Of a stretch of 64,000 nt of DNA, positions 54,803-64,000 are shown in pieces. The stretch's first letter is position 1. Each line of letters begins with the position of its first letter. Under the pieces are notes generated by a model. The model searched no databases and was not told where the DNA came from. It was given only the letters and a program-made list of their open reading frames with translations. Both the position numbers and the translations under genes were made by a program. The stretch covers positions 1,483 to 65,482 of the forward strand of contig JBFELU010000004.1 of assembly GCA_041551965.1 (NCBI GenBank), given 5' to 3'. Source of the DNA: Acidimicrobiia bacterium (GTDB lineage Bacteria > Actinomycetota > Acidimicrobiia > Spongiisociales > UBA11373).

Positions 54803-57800
54803 TCAGCGGCGGACCAGCCCCTTGTAGGAGGGGGTGAACCCGGCGGCCGTGAGCCTGGTGCCCAGGGCGGTCGATGCTGCATCCCGCCCGTCCACCGTGG
54901 CGATGGTCAAGCGGGGTCGACGCCGGGCGGCATGGTCGGCGAGGGCCGCGGCGATCCGGTCGAGCGTCCCGTCGTCCTCGGTGAACGTCAGGATCGTGCG
55001 GCCGCCCCGTTCGAGGAAGGCGGCCATGTGGCCGTCGATCAGGATGGCGTGCGCTCCCGCAGAACGGGAGGAGCGGCCCGCGTCGGTCTCGGGCCACGGG
55101 ATCGCCGCGCCGTAGGGATTGGCCGGATCGGCGGCCGCCACCACCAGGGTGCCGCCGGTCTCGGATTCGGCCCGGAGGCGGTCGAGGGCTCCGGGAAGGG
55201 CGAATTGGGATCCACCCAGGCCGTCGACGAAATAGCCACGGCGGACCCGGCCGGCCTCTTCCATGGCGGCCAGGATCGGGGAGAGCCCGGCGAACCCGCC
55301 GGGGACGGCCTCGGCTCGAACAGCGCCCCCCGTGATGATGCCGTGGCGCTCGAGAAGCTGATCGGCGCGGGCCATCGCCTTCTCCGTGTCGAGGCTGCTC
55401 CGAGCCGACAGATCGGCAACGAGGTACCAGCGACCCGAACCGGAGGGTGGGGCGGAGGCCGATGGGAGCCGGGGCCCGCGCCGGCCCACCCTCCTCGCTC
55501 GACCCCACAGGCGGGCCCGCAGCGGGGCAAGGGTGTCGTTGGTGACCAATCCGGCCCACACGAGGTCCCAGATCGCATCCAGGACCGTGTCGGGATCGCC
55601 GCCCCCGGCGGCGTCATAGAGATCACGAAAGAACGAGGCCCCTCGTTCGGCGAGGTGATTGCGGATCACCTCGTGGGGCTCGCCGGCGGGAATCTCGAGG
55701 TCGAGCGGCCAGGCGAGCAGGGGGACCTGATCGCGGAGATACAGGCCCACTCTGCCGTCCCGGGCCCCCAGCGGGCCGCGTCCGATCCAGACCACCTCGC
55801 CCGACGCCGTCAGCGCATCCAGCATGTCGGCGGAGTAGTCGAGACGGGCGGGGAGCACATCGGCCTCGAGGATCGATGCGGGCAGAGCCACGCCCTGGAG
55901 CCGACGGATCACCTCGACGAGGCGCGTTGCGCCGCGGCCGGGAGAAGCGAGCCCGTGCCATCGGGTCAGGAATAGCGAGAAGGCGGCGGGATCGGCCGCC
56001 TCGACCTCGGAGCGGGCGGCCGCCAGAGAGCGGCGGCGGAGCCGGCGGAGCACGTCGACGTCCACCCACTCCCGATCGGCACCGACGGGCCGAAAGGCGC
56101 CGCGGGTCACCCGGCCTCGCCGCTCCAGGCGCTCGAGGGTGTCGGTGATCACCGCCGGGGGAAGGCCGAGCGACTCTGCCGCCTCGGCAGGGGTGAACGG
56201 GGCGTGGGTGCGGGCGTAGCGGGAGACGACATCACCGAGGGGGTCGTCGACGGGCTCCAGATAGGCCGCCGGCACCCCGGGGGGAGGCTGAATGCCGAGC
56301 GCGTCGCGTAGCCGACCGGCATCTTCGGCGGCCGCCCAGTGCCTTGCGCCACCCACCCTGACGGCGATCACTCGATGCTCCCGCTCCAGGTCGGCAAGGG
56401 CCTCGGCCACCCGCTCCGGTTCCCGGGCGCGAGCCTCGATCTCAGGGGCGGTGAGCGGTCCCAGGTGGCGGAGGAGGTCTCCGATGCCGTCGGAACCCGA
56501 GACCCTGCGATCCTCGGCGAGGCGTTGCAGTTCCAACTCGAGGGTCTCGGCTTCGACGGGGGAGAGGAGGTCGCGGAGTTCGGGTTCGCCCAAGAGGTCT
56601 CGGAGGAGGCCGTGGTCGAGCGTGAGGGCGAGGGCCCTCCGTTCGGCGGGTGGGGCGTCGTACTCGTAGAGGAAGGAGGCGATGAAGTCGAACATGAGCG
56701 ACGAAGCAAAGGGGCTCGGTCCGGCGGTCTCGACCTGAGCCACCCGGATCTTGCGGCTGCGGATCTCGGCGAGCACCTCCCGGAGCGCCGGGACGTCGAA
56801 GTGATCCTGGAGGATCTCCCGGTAGGTCTCGAGGACGATCGGGAACGAGGGATAGCGACCGGCGACGTCGAGCAGCCCGGTGGCTTTGCGGCGCTGCAAC
56901 CAGAGCGGAGTGCGGCGTCCCGGTCTGCGCCGGGGGAGGAGCAGCGCCCGGGCGGCGGCTTCCCGGAATCGGGCAGCAAAGAGAGCGCTCTCACCGGCTT
57001 CGGCGATGACCAGCCGTTCCACCTCCTCGGGGTCGAGGATCAGCTCGGACGAGTCGGGGATCTCCTCGGCGTCGGGGAACCGGAGGATGATTCCGTCGTC
57101 GGACCACACCGCATCCGTCTCACCCCCATGGCGCTCTCGGAGACGGCGAGCGGCCGCCATTGCCCACGGTGCGTGGATCCTGGCCCCGAAGGGAGACAAG
57201 ACCACCACCCGCCAGTCACCGATCTCGTCGCGAAACTGCTGCACGACGATGGTTCGATCGCTCGGGAGCACGCCGGTCGCTTCCCGCTCCTCGGTCAGGA
57301 ATTGGATCAGGTTGGCGGCCGCCCGGGCGTCGAGCCGGTAGTCCTCGATGAGCTTGGCCCGTGCGGTCTGCGGATCCAGGGCGCCGAAGGTTCGGACGAA
57401 CTGGCCCACCGCCCTTCCGGTCTCCAGGGGCCGTCCCGGCCGATCACCGTGCCAGAACGGGAGGCGGGCCACCGGCTCCCCGGGCGCGGGGATCACGGCC
57501 ACCCGATCGGCGGTGATCTCGGTGATCCGCCACGTGGTCGACCCGAGCACGAACGTGTCACCCACCCGGCTCTCGTAGACCATCTCCTCGTCGAGTTCGC
57601 CGACTCTGCCGCCTTCGGGAAGCACGACCCGGTAGAGGCCTCGGTCGGGGATGGTCCCGGGGTTGGTGACCGCCAGCATGCGGGCGTTGTCGCGCGCCCG
57701 CAGCATGCCGGCGACCCGGTCCCACACGATGCGGGGGCGCAACTCGGCGAAGTCGTCTGAGGGGTACCGCCCGGAGAGCATGTCGAGGGTCGCCTCGAAC

Positions 57801-59266
57801 GGCTCGCGCCCGAGGTCTGCAAAGGGCGCGGCGCGACGGAACATGTCGTAGAGATCGTCGACCTTCCAGTCTTCGACGGCGACCGCCGCCACGACCTGCT
57901 GTGCCAGCACGTCGAGCGGGTTGGAGGGGATGCGGGTTTCCTCGATGAGGCCGGTGCGCATCCGATCGACGACGACCGTCGCCTCGAGGAGGTCCCCCCG
58001 GTGTTTGGGGAAGACCTTGGCCCGGCTGGGCACGCCCACCTGGTGACCGGCCCTGCCGACTCGTTGGAGGCCGCGGGCCACGCTGGTCGGGGACTCGACC
58101 AGGAGCACCAAGTCGACGGCATCCATGTCCACGCCCAATTCGAGTGACGAGGTCGCCACGACGCAGGGCAGGTCGCCCCGTTTGAGCGCGTCCTCGATAG
58201 CCACCCTCTGCTCCCGCGCCACCGAGCCGTGGTGAGCCTTGGCGATCTCCTCCCCGGCCAGCGTGTTGAGTTCGGCCGCCATCCTCTCGACCAGGCTTCG
58301 CGAGTTCGCAAAGACGATCGTGGACCGATGCGACCGGATGAGGTCGAGCAACCGGGGGTACACCGCTGGCCAGATCGACCGCCGGGGAGGCTCCTCGGGA
58401 TCACCGTCGAGGTCGGGGCGGGTCATGTCGTCGACGGGCACGACCACCTCGATCTCCAGGCGGCGGTCCCGCGGGGCGTCGACGATCGCCACCGGGCGCG
58501 GCTCCCAGCCCGCGTCGGTGGGTGTGCCGCCCCCCAGGAACTCGCCTATGGCCTCGAGGGGGCGCTGGGTCGCCGACAATCCGATGCGCTGTGGGGGAGC
58601 TTCGGTGATCTGCTCCAGCCGCTCGAGGCTCAAGGCCAAATGGGAGCCGCGTTTCGATGCCGCGATGGAGTGGATCTCGTCGACGATCACCCAGCGGACC
58701 GGAGCGAGGATCTCGCGCACCGACGAGGTGAGCATCAGGTAGAGGCTCTCCGGGGTCGTGATCAGGATGTCGGGGGGGTGACGCAGCATGCGACGCCGAT
58801 CCTCGGACGGCGTGTCCCCGGTGCGCATGGCCGTGGTGATGTCGGCGGCCTCGAGACCCGCCGACCGCGCCGCGTTGGTGATTCCGGCCAGAGGCGCTCG
58901 CAGGTTGCGGTCGATGTCGTAGGCGAGTGCCTTCAGGGGGGAAACGTAGAGAAGGCGGCATCGGCGCCGCTCCGCCGGGACGGGCTCGGCCATGAGCCGG
59001 TCGATGCCCCACAGGAAGGCTGCCAGGGTCTTGCCCGAGCCGGTGGGGGCGTGGATGAGAGTGTGGTGCCCCTCTGCGATCTTCGGCCACCCGTGGTCCT
59101 GTGCCGGCGTGGGGCCGGCAAAGCTGGCGGCGAACCATTGCCGGGTGGCGGGGCCGAAGAGATCGAGCGAGGTGGCCATGGTCGGGAGGGTACCGGCGGC
59201 GACCGACATCGAACCGGCCGGCAACCAGAGGCCCGCTCGTCGGAGACGAGTTCTGTCACCTTCCAA
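54803..59266 (-). CDS. lhr: ATP-dependent helicase Lhr (large helicase-related; DEAD/DEAH core plus long C-terminal extension)
   Basis: PTGSGKT, DEIH, SAT and QRVGRAGH motifs. At ~1480 aa, its length matches actinobacterial Lhr. Confidence 0.85.
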   Translation of the reverse strand: MEGDRTRLRRAGLWLPAGSMSVAAGTLPTMATSLDLFGPATRQWFAASFAGPTPAQDHGWPKIAEGHHTLIHAPTGSGKTLAAFLWGIDRLMAEPVPAERRRCRLLYVSPLKALAYDIDRNLRAPLAGITNAARSAGLEAADITTAMRTGDTPSEDRRRMLRHPPDILITTPESLYLMLTSSVREILAPVRWVIVDEIHSIAASKRGSHLALSLERLEQITEAPPQRIGLSATQRPLEAIGEFLGGGTPTDAGWEPRPVAIVDAPRDRRLEIEVVVPVDDMTRPDLDGDPEEPPRRSIWPAVYPRLLDLIRSHRSTIVFANSRSLVERMAAELNTLAGEEIAKAHHGSVAREQRVAIEDALKRGDLPCVVATSSLELGVDMDAVDLVLLVESPTSVARGLQRVGRAGHQVGVPSRAKVFPKHRGDLLEATVVVDRMRTGLIEETRIPSNPLDVLAQQVVAAVAVEDWKVDDLYDMFRRAAPFADLGREPFEATLDMLSGRYPSDDFAELRPRIVWDRVAGMLRARDNARMLAVTNPGTIPDRGLYRVVLPEGGRVGELDEEMVYESRVGDTFVLGSTTWRITEITADRVAVIPAPGEPVARLPFWHGDRPGRPLETGRAVGQFVRTFGALDPQTARAKLIEDYRLDARAAANLIQFLTEEREATGVLPSDRTIVVQQFRDEIGDWRVVVLSPFGARIHAPWAMAAARRLRERHGGETDAVWSDDGIILRFPDAEEIPDSSELILDPEEVERLVIAEAGESALFAARFREAAARALLLPRRRPGRRTPLWLQRRKATGLLDVAGRYPSFPIVLETYREILQDHFDVPALREVLAEIRSRKIRVAQVETAGPSPFASSLMFDFIASFLYEYDAPPAERRALALTLDHGLLRDLLGEPELRDLLSPVEAETLELELQRLAEDRRVSGSDGIGDLLRHLGPLTAPEIEARAREPERVAEALADLEREHRVIAVRVGGARHWAAAEDAGRLRDALGIQPPPGVPAAYLEPVDDPLGDVVSRYARTHAPFTPAEAAESLGLPPAVITDTLERLERRGRVTRGAFRPVGADREWVDVDVLRRLRRRSLAAARSEVEAADPAAFSLFLTRWHGLASPGRGATRLVEVIRRLQGVALPASILEADVLPARLDYSADMLDALTASGEVVWIGRGPLGARDGRVGLYLRDQVPLLAWPLDLEIPAGEPHEVIRNHLAERGASFFRDLYDAAGGGDPDTVLDAIWDLVWAGLVTNDTLAPLRARLWGRARRVGRRGPRLPSASAPPSGSGRWYLVADLSARSSLDTEKAMARADQLLERHGIITGGAVRAEAVPGGFAGLSPILAAMEEAGRVRRGYFVDGLGGSQFALPGALDRLRAESETGGTLVVAAADPANPYGAAIPWPETDAGRSSRSAGAHAILIDGHMAAFLERGGRTILTFTEDDGTLDRIAAALADHAARRRPRLTIATVDGRDAASTALGTRLTAAGFTPSYKGLVRR

Positions 59267-59286
59267 CGGAGCGAGCTGGCTCTCCC

Positions 59287-60315
59287 TCAGGTGCCGAGGC
59301 GGCCCTGTGCCATTCCCGTGAGGAGTTCGAGAACCGCCCGATTCGCCAGCAGCGCCGTGATGTCGCCCGGCCCGTCGTAGAGGGGAGCGACCTCGACGAC
59401 GTCGGCGCCGACGACCGGCAGCTCACGACCGATGCGCCGCAACGTTGCCAGCAACTCGTCGGCGTGCAGCCCGCCCGGCTCCGGTGTGCCGGTACCGGGA
59501 GCGGCGGCGGGGTCGACGACATCGATGTCGACCGACGCGAACACCGAGTCGGCGCCGTCGGCCGCCGCAGCGATTGCATCGTCGACGACCCGATCGAGCC
59601 CGCGCGCGCGGATCTCGGTCATGGTGTGCCAGCGCATCCCCTGATCCTTCATCCAGGCCACCACTTCGGGCGGGGGCCAGAATCCGCGGAGCCCGATCTG
59701 TACGAAGCGATGCCCGGGCACGGCCCCCGACTCGATCAGGCGACGCATCGGGGTGCCGTGTCCGTGGAGCATCCCGTAGTGGGTCTCGGCGGTGTCGGCA
59801 TGGGCGTCGAAGTGGATCAATGCCACCCGTCCCGGCCCGTGGACCCGGGTCACCCCGGTGGCGTTCGCAAACGTCACCGTGTGGTCTCCGCCCAAGACGA
59901 TCGGTACCGCTCCCGACCCGGCGATGCGGCCCACCACATCGGCGATCAGGTCGAGGCTGTGGTCGACGTAGCCGGGCACGACGTCGATGTCCCCGACGTC
60001 GACCACGCCGAGCGCCGCGAGCGGGTCGACGCTGCTCTCGAGATCGGGTCGGCTTCCCGTCGGACCGAGTGGGTCGTTCTCCCGGATCGCCTTTGGCCCG
60101 AAGCGGGCCCCGGGCCGGTACGTGGTGCCCCAATCGAACGGGGCGCCCACGATGACGGCCCCGGCGTCCCCGATCTCAGCGAGTTCGGCACGGGGAACGC
60201 CGGCAAAGGTGCCGCGGGCCCCGAAGGAGTGAGTGCCGAAGCCGGTGGTCATGGGTCGCCAGGATACGGCAGGGTCGATTCGCTGCCACACTGGGGCCGT
60301 GGACATCGCGGTCAA
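59287..60315 (-). CDS. agmatinase/ureohydrolase (arginase family)
   Basis: GGDHTV, DAHADT and SVDIDVVDP manganese-binding motifs. Confidence 0.85.
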   Translation of the reverse strand: MTAMSTAPVWQRIDPAVSWRPMTTGFGTHSFGARGTFAGVPRAELAEIGDAGAVIVGAPFDWGTTYRPGARFGPKAIRENDPLGPTGSRPDLESSVDPLAALGVVDVGDIDVVPGYVDHSLDLIADVVGRIAGSGAVPIVLGGDHTVTFANATGVTRVHGPGRVALIHFDAHADTAETHYGMLHGHGTPMRRLIESGAVPGHRFVQIGLRGFWPPPEVVAWMKDQGMRWHTMTEIRARGLDRVVDDAIAAAADGADSVFASVDIDVVDPAAAPGTGTPEPGGLHADELLATLRRIGRELPVVGADVVEVAPLYDGPGDITALLANRAVLELLTGMAQGRLGT

Positions 60316-60919
60316 CCTCGTCGAGAGCTACCTGCGGCTCGCCGGCTATCTGACCCTGAGCGAATTCGAGGTGCAGCGACGGACCGAGACCGGTTTCGAG
60401 ACGGTCACCGACATCGACATCATGGCCATGAGGCTTCCCGGGGCGGTGTTTGCGGGTGATCCGCACGGAGGGGAGGACTGTCGGCTCCTCCTCATCGACG
60501 ACCCGGTCCTCGAACTCACCGACGACCTGGTCGATGTGATCATCGGGGAGGTGAAGCAGGGCGAGGCCGAATTCAACCCGGGCATTCGCCGCCACGAGGT
60601 CCTTCACTCGATGCTCCGGCGCATCGAGTGGCTCTACGAAGAGCCGCTGGCGGAGGTGGTGGGAGCCCTCCAAGAGGAAGCCGTGTGTCACACCGCCGCC
60701 CGGGGCGGAGGGGTGGTCCGGACTCGGCTCGTGGCCTTCGGAAGGGCGCCGACCTGCAATCTCCACACGATCTCCCACACCCACATCGTGCGCACCGTGC
60801 TCGGGTTCTTCGGGGGGCTCGACGATGCCTTTCGCCCGGTGCAGTTCCGGGATCCGGCTCCGGCGATGCTGTCGCTCCTCCTCAAGGCCGGCTTCGAGGT
60901 CACCAAGGAGTCCGGCTAG
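60299..60919 (+). CDS. hypothetical protein with a PD-(D/E)xK-nuclease-like motif
   Basis: TDIDIMA ... DVIIGEVKQGE is a D...E-x-K pattern. The start is uncertain, because the track ORF begins at 60233, which is antisense to the agmatinase N-terminus. Confidence 0.4.
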   Translation: MDIAVNLVESYLRLAGYLTLSEFEVQRRTETGFETVTDIDIMAMRLPGAVFAGDPHGGEDCRLLLIDDPVLELTDDLVDVIIGEVKQGEAEFNPGIRRHEVLHSMLRRIEWLYEEPLAEVVGALQEEAVCHTAARGGGVVRTRLVAFGRAPTCNLHTISHTHIVRTVLGFFGGLDDAFRPVQFRDPAPAMLSLLLKAGFEVTKESG

Positions 60920-61575
60920 CTCATCGAGCCGGGCGAGTCCACGCCGGCTGGCGTGTCCGGGCGGAGCCGATCGAGGGCTGCAAGCAGGAACAACAAGGCG
61001 CCCACCATCTCCAGGGTCTCCTCGGCGACCATCATCGGGTCGTACAGCGAGGCCCGGATCGGCTCCCCTCCCCAGTTCTGGACGAGCTCGAGGGCCAGGG
61101 CGAGCGCCCAGGCGGCCCCGCCGCCGATGATGCCGAGGGCTTGCCTGCGGGGCGTCGTGCGCACGATCCTGACCCACGCCAGCCATGCCACCGCCAGCAC
61201 CGGGAGGTAGAGGAGTTGCCAGTCGACGCCGCTCCAGCGTTCCAGGCGCTCATGGATGCCGTTGCCCTCATCGAGGGCCAGCCAGGCCAGCACCGCCGCC
61301 CACACCCACGCCCAGCGACTCCACCCTGAGGCCGCCGCCAGCACCCATACGCCGGCAGCGATCCAGAGAAGCGCTGCCGCCGCCCAGGTGGCGACCGATG
61401 CCTCTGAGTCGAGGTTGGCCGCCGACCAGGTCGGAGCAACGGTCCGCTGCACGATGCCGAGGATGACCAGGGCAGTGATGACCATGCCCGCCACCACGGC
61501 CACCGCCCGCGACGGCACCGAGGTCACTCCGGCGACCACCGGGCGAAGCCTCCGCGGGGGGCCGTCAGCGGGCAC
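60916..61575 (-). CDS. hypothetical Trp-rich membrane protein
   Basis: 4-5 TM helices with many W residues. Function unknown. Confidence 0.5.
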   Translation of the reverse strand: MPADGPPRRLRPVVAGVTSVPSRAVAVVAGMVITALVILGIVQRTVAPTWSAANLDSEASVATWAAAALLWIAAGVWVLAAASGWSRWAWVWAAVLAWLALDEGNGIHERLERWSGVDWQLLYLPVLAVAWLAWVRIVRTTPRRQALGIIGGGAAWALALALELVQNWGGEPIRASLYDPMMVAEETLEMVGALLFLLAALDRLRPDTPAGVDSPGSMS

Positions 61576-62335
61576 GAGCGGAACGGACCAGGGCGGCGGC
61601 CCGCTCCGGATCGACCGGGGCCTCGGTGATCCCGTCGTGCTTGATGGCGGTGCCGACGATCAGCCCGTCGGCCTCTCGGAGGAGATCGGCCGCCGAGTCG
61701 AGGGTGACGCCGGAACCGACCAGCAGCGGCGCTCCGGGCGCCGCCGCTCGCACCACGGACAGATCGGCCTCGTTCACCGGAGCGCCCGTGGCCGACCCGG
61801 AGACGATGAGGGCATCGGCTCCGGCCCGCTCCCACGTGTCCCGGGCGGCCTGCTCGAGACTCCACCCCGCCGGAGGGACCGCATGCTTGACCATGATGTC
61901 GGCGGCGACCTCGAGGTCGGCCTCCAGTGAGGATCGAAGGCGGGCGACCTCGGCCGCCCTGCCGACGATCGGACCCTGGTCGGTGAACATGGTTCCGGAC
62001 AGCACGTTGACTCGAACGAAGGCAGCTCCGGCTGCAACGGCGACGGCGACGGCGGCGAGCGCGTCGTTGCGGAGCACGTTGACGCCGACCGGAATCGTCA
62101 CGGAATCACGAACCTCGGCCACGATTCGGGTCATCGCCGCCACGGTGGCCTTGGGCACGTCGTCGGCGAAGAAGGGAGCGTCGCCGTAGTTCTCCACGAG
62201 GACGGCATCGAACCCGGCGTGCGCCAGTGAGCCGGCATCGCGGACCCCTCGTTCGGCGGTCTCCTCGAGTCGGCCGTCGTAACGCGGAGACCCCGGCAGC
62301 GGTCCGAGGTGGACCATCCCGATGAGCGGCCCGAT
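61565..62335 (-). CDS. BtpA/SgcQ family TIM-barrel protein
   Basis: Start at MIGPLIGMVHLGPLPGSP (BtpA signature). Confidence 0.7.
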   Translation of the reverse strand: MGPLIGMVHLGPLPGSPRYDGRLEETAERGVRDAGSLAHAGFDAVLVENYGDAPFFADDVPKATVAAMTRIVAEVRDSVTIPVGVNVLRNDALAAVAVAVAAGAAFVRVNVLSGTMFTDQGPIVGRAAEVARLRSSLEADLEVAADIMVKHAVPPAGWSLEQAARDTWERAGADALIVSGSATGAPVNEADLSVVRAAAPGAPLLVGSGVTLDSAADLLREADGLIVGTAIKHDGITEAPVDPERAAALVRSARAR

Positions 62336-63075
62336 CATGGAAAGGCGCGCGCCACCCGCAGAGCGGTCTCGGCGGTTTCCCCGATGGCGGTGAGGTTCTC
62401 GACATCGCCGACCGGCGTACGCTGCACCGCCAGTCGGCTCCACTCACCGGCGCTGCCCTTGATCACCTGGTCGGTGTCGGAGGGGCCGAACACCCAACTC
62501 GCATAGCCGGGCCCCACGAGCTCGAGCCGCACCGGGGTTGCGTAGTCCTCACCGGCCGTTTCGAAGGCGTAGGGGAGCGTCGCCCACCCGAGCCAGGCGA
62601 TGTGGCGGATGCGGGGGGTGTCGATCACCTCCCGCTCGAGGGCGGCATGGACGTCGAGACCGTGGGCCCAGGTTTCCATCAGACGGCTCGTGGCGAACGT
62701 TCGCGCCGACATGTCGGAGACGAACCATGGAATGCGCTCGTCGGCCCGGCGCCGCGACAGCGCGTCCACCACCGCGGCTCGATTGTGGCGCCACCACTCG
62801 ATGATCTCCTGGGGGCGCTTCCCCTGCCCTTCCCGAACGCCCAGCTCGTTCAGTTCATCGACGGTGGAGGCCTTCGTCGCCTTCGCCAGGGCCTTGCGAT
62901 CACCGTCCAGCGCGCTCATTGCGTAGCCTTCCGACCACGCAAGGTGGCTGATGGTGTCCTGCACCGTCCACTTGGCACCGGGTACCTTGCGTTTCCAGTC
63001 GCGCTCGGGAGCCCTCTGCAGGAGCTGATCGAGGGCCTGCTGCTCCGCCACGAGGTCGGCGAGGATCTCGCGCAT
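62335..63075 (-). CDS. DinB/MDMPI_N-like (TIGR03084-type, mycothiol-maleylpyruvate-isomerase N-domain) protein
   Basis: ILADLVAEQQALDQLL...WTVQDTISHLA N-domain pattern. Confidence 0.55.
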   Translation of the reverse strand: MREILADLVAEQQALDQLLQRAPERDWKRKVPGAKWTVQDTISHLAWSEGYAMSALDGDRKALAKATKASTVDELNELGVREGQGKRPQEIIEWWRHNRAAVVDALSRRRADERIPWFVSDMSARTFATSRLMETWAHGLDVHAALEREVIDTPRIRHIAWLGWATLPYAFETAGEDYATPVRLELVGPGYASWVFGPSDTDQVIKGSAGEWSRLAVQRTPVGDVENLTAIGETAETALRVARAFP

Positions 63076-63085
63076 GGCCTACAGG

Positions 63086-63964
63086 CTAATCGGGCGGATC
63101 AACCCTCTCGTCGGTGTCGACCAGCGTATTGAGCTCGTCGATCATGGCCCGGAGGCGCCCGAACGATCGGCGATCGAAGTGCAGCCGCAGCCGGGGGAGT
63201 TCTGGATGGTCGCCGTCGGCCCTCTCGACGGCGGTGGCCTCGGTCGCTTCGATCGTCCCGTCGACGAGCAGGTCGGAGTACTCCTCGTTGAGATGGGCGA
63301 CGACGCCGGGCTCGGGGGCCTGCATGAAGCGCAAGACCAGGCGATCGTCGACGTAGCGCTGCGAGTGGTAGTTGGCGTAGAAACGGCAGATCTCCTCGAC
63401 CGCCTCGGGGACCGACGTGGCATGGCGGATCAGGCCGAGGTCGCTGGCGGCGATCATCCTGTTGGCCAGCAGCCGATCGCCGACGAAATCGAGCCAACCC
63501 TGCCAGTAGTCGGTGCCGGGCGCCTCGATGAGAACGATGGGGTGCATGTCGCTCTTGCCCGTCTGGATCAGGGTGAGGAGCTCGAAGGACTCGTCGAGCG
63601 TCCCGAACCCGCCGGGGAAGAGGGCGAAGGCGTGTGACTCCTTCATGAAGATGAGCTTCCGCGTGAAGAAGTACTTGAAGTTCACCAGCCGGCTCTCATG
63701 GATGTACGGGTTGGCGTCGGCCTCGAAGGGCAGCCTGATGTTCACCCCGAAGGAGTTGTCGATCCCGGCTCCGCGATTGCCCGCCTCCATGATCCCGGGC
63801 CCGGCGCCGGTGATCACCATCCAACTGCGCTCGTCGCTCATGATTCGCGCGAACTCGGAGGCCATCTCGTAGTTGGGGTCGCCGGGTGGGGTCCGCGCCG
63901 AACCGAAGATCGTCACCTTGCGCACGTCGCGGTACCGGGAGAAGACCAGGAACGAATACCGCAT
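63086..63964 (-). CDS. LOG family protein (Rossmann-fold nucleotide-binding, long type)
   Basis: TIFGSAR, GAGPGIMEAGNRGA and PGGFGTLDE motifs. Confidence 0.75.
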   Translation of the reverse strand: MRYSFLVFSRYRDVRKVTIFGSARTPPGDPNYEMASEFARIMSDERSWMVITGAGPGIMEAGNRGAGIDNSFGVNIRLPFEADANPYIHESRLVNFKYFFTRKLIFMKESHAFALFPGGFGTLDESFELLTLIQTGKSDMHPIVLIEAPGTDYWQGWLDFVGDRLLANRMIAASDLGLIRHATSVPEAVEEICRFYANYHSQRYVDDRLVLRFMQAPEPGVVAHLNEEYSDLLVDGTIEATEATAVERADGDHPELPRLRLHFDRRSFGRLRAMIDELNTLVDTDERVDPPD

Positions 63965-64000
63965 TTCCTTGAGGGCGGCGTTGACCAGTTTGAGGTCACC

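Noticed and set aside
1-64000. Search for tRNA or rRNA, IS elements, integrases, prophage genes and CRISPR arrays
   Set aside because: No T-loop-like GGTTCGAATCC motifs were found in the few intergenic gaps. I found no transposase or integrase signatures and no spaced repeat arrays. The window appears to be core chromosome.

Overview
This window is a very GC-rich (~70%) chromosomal segment that looks actinobacterial. It is densely packed with about 65 protein-coding genes on both strands. Many adjacent genes overlap by 4 nt (ATGA or GTGA), a sign of translational coupling.

I found no rRNA, tRNA, CRISPR array, transposase or integrase. Many long ORFs in the six-frame track are GC-driven shadow ORFs lying antisense or out of frame to clearly homologous genes.

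Gene content is mostly housekeeping, with several recurring themes:
- Purine nucleoside salvage: adenosine deaminase sits divergently from a BMP-family nucleoside ABC transporter operon; elsewhere there are a cytosolic-type 5'-nucleotidase, a nucleoside 2-deoxyribosyltransferase, a NUDIX hydrolase and a LOG-family protein.
- Lipid and envelope metabolism: PlsY-DegV, a PAP2 phosphatase, a LPG-synthase-like membrane domain, a YhhN lysoplasmalogenase, MurT/GatD, an L,D-transpeptidase and a CapA fragment.
- RNA repair: RtcB and archease.
- DNA repair: Lhr helicase.
- F420/LLM-type oxidoreductases.

The most unusual loci are:
(i) A four-gene translationally coupled operon, roughly 13.9-17.1 kb on the minus strand: a CrtI-like FAD oxidoreductase, a small signal-anchored protein, an HTTM (vitamin-K-carboxylase-like) domain fused to a DCC/DUF393-like C-terminal half, and a DUF1918 protein. 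This may be an uncharacterized membrane redox or lipid-modification system.
(ii) A near-identical RTX-type Ca-binding repeat cassette present in two different Sec-secreted enzymes: an L,D-transpeptidase carrying a peptidoglycan-binding domain, and a trypsin-like S1 protease carrying a pre-peptidase C-terminal (PPC) domain.
(iii) An orphan sensor histidine kinase with a C-terminal helix-hairpin-helix module, placed divergently from a Gly/Asn/Asp-rich repetitive secreted protein.
(iv) A DtxR/IdeR-type repressor whose start region carries a perfect 20-bp AT-rich palindrome, followed by a FeoB that has only the membrane domain and no GTPase domain.

All domain calls come from reading the translated ORFs and from family knowledge. 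No database searches were run.
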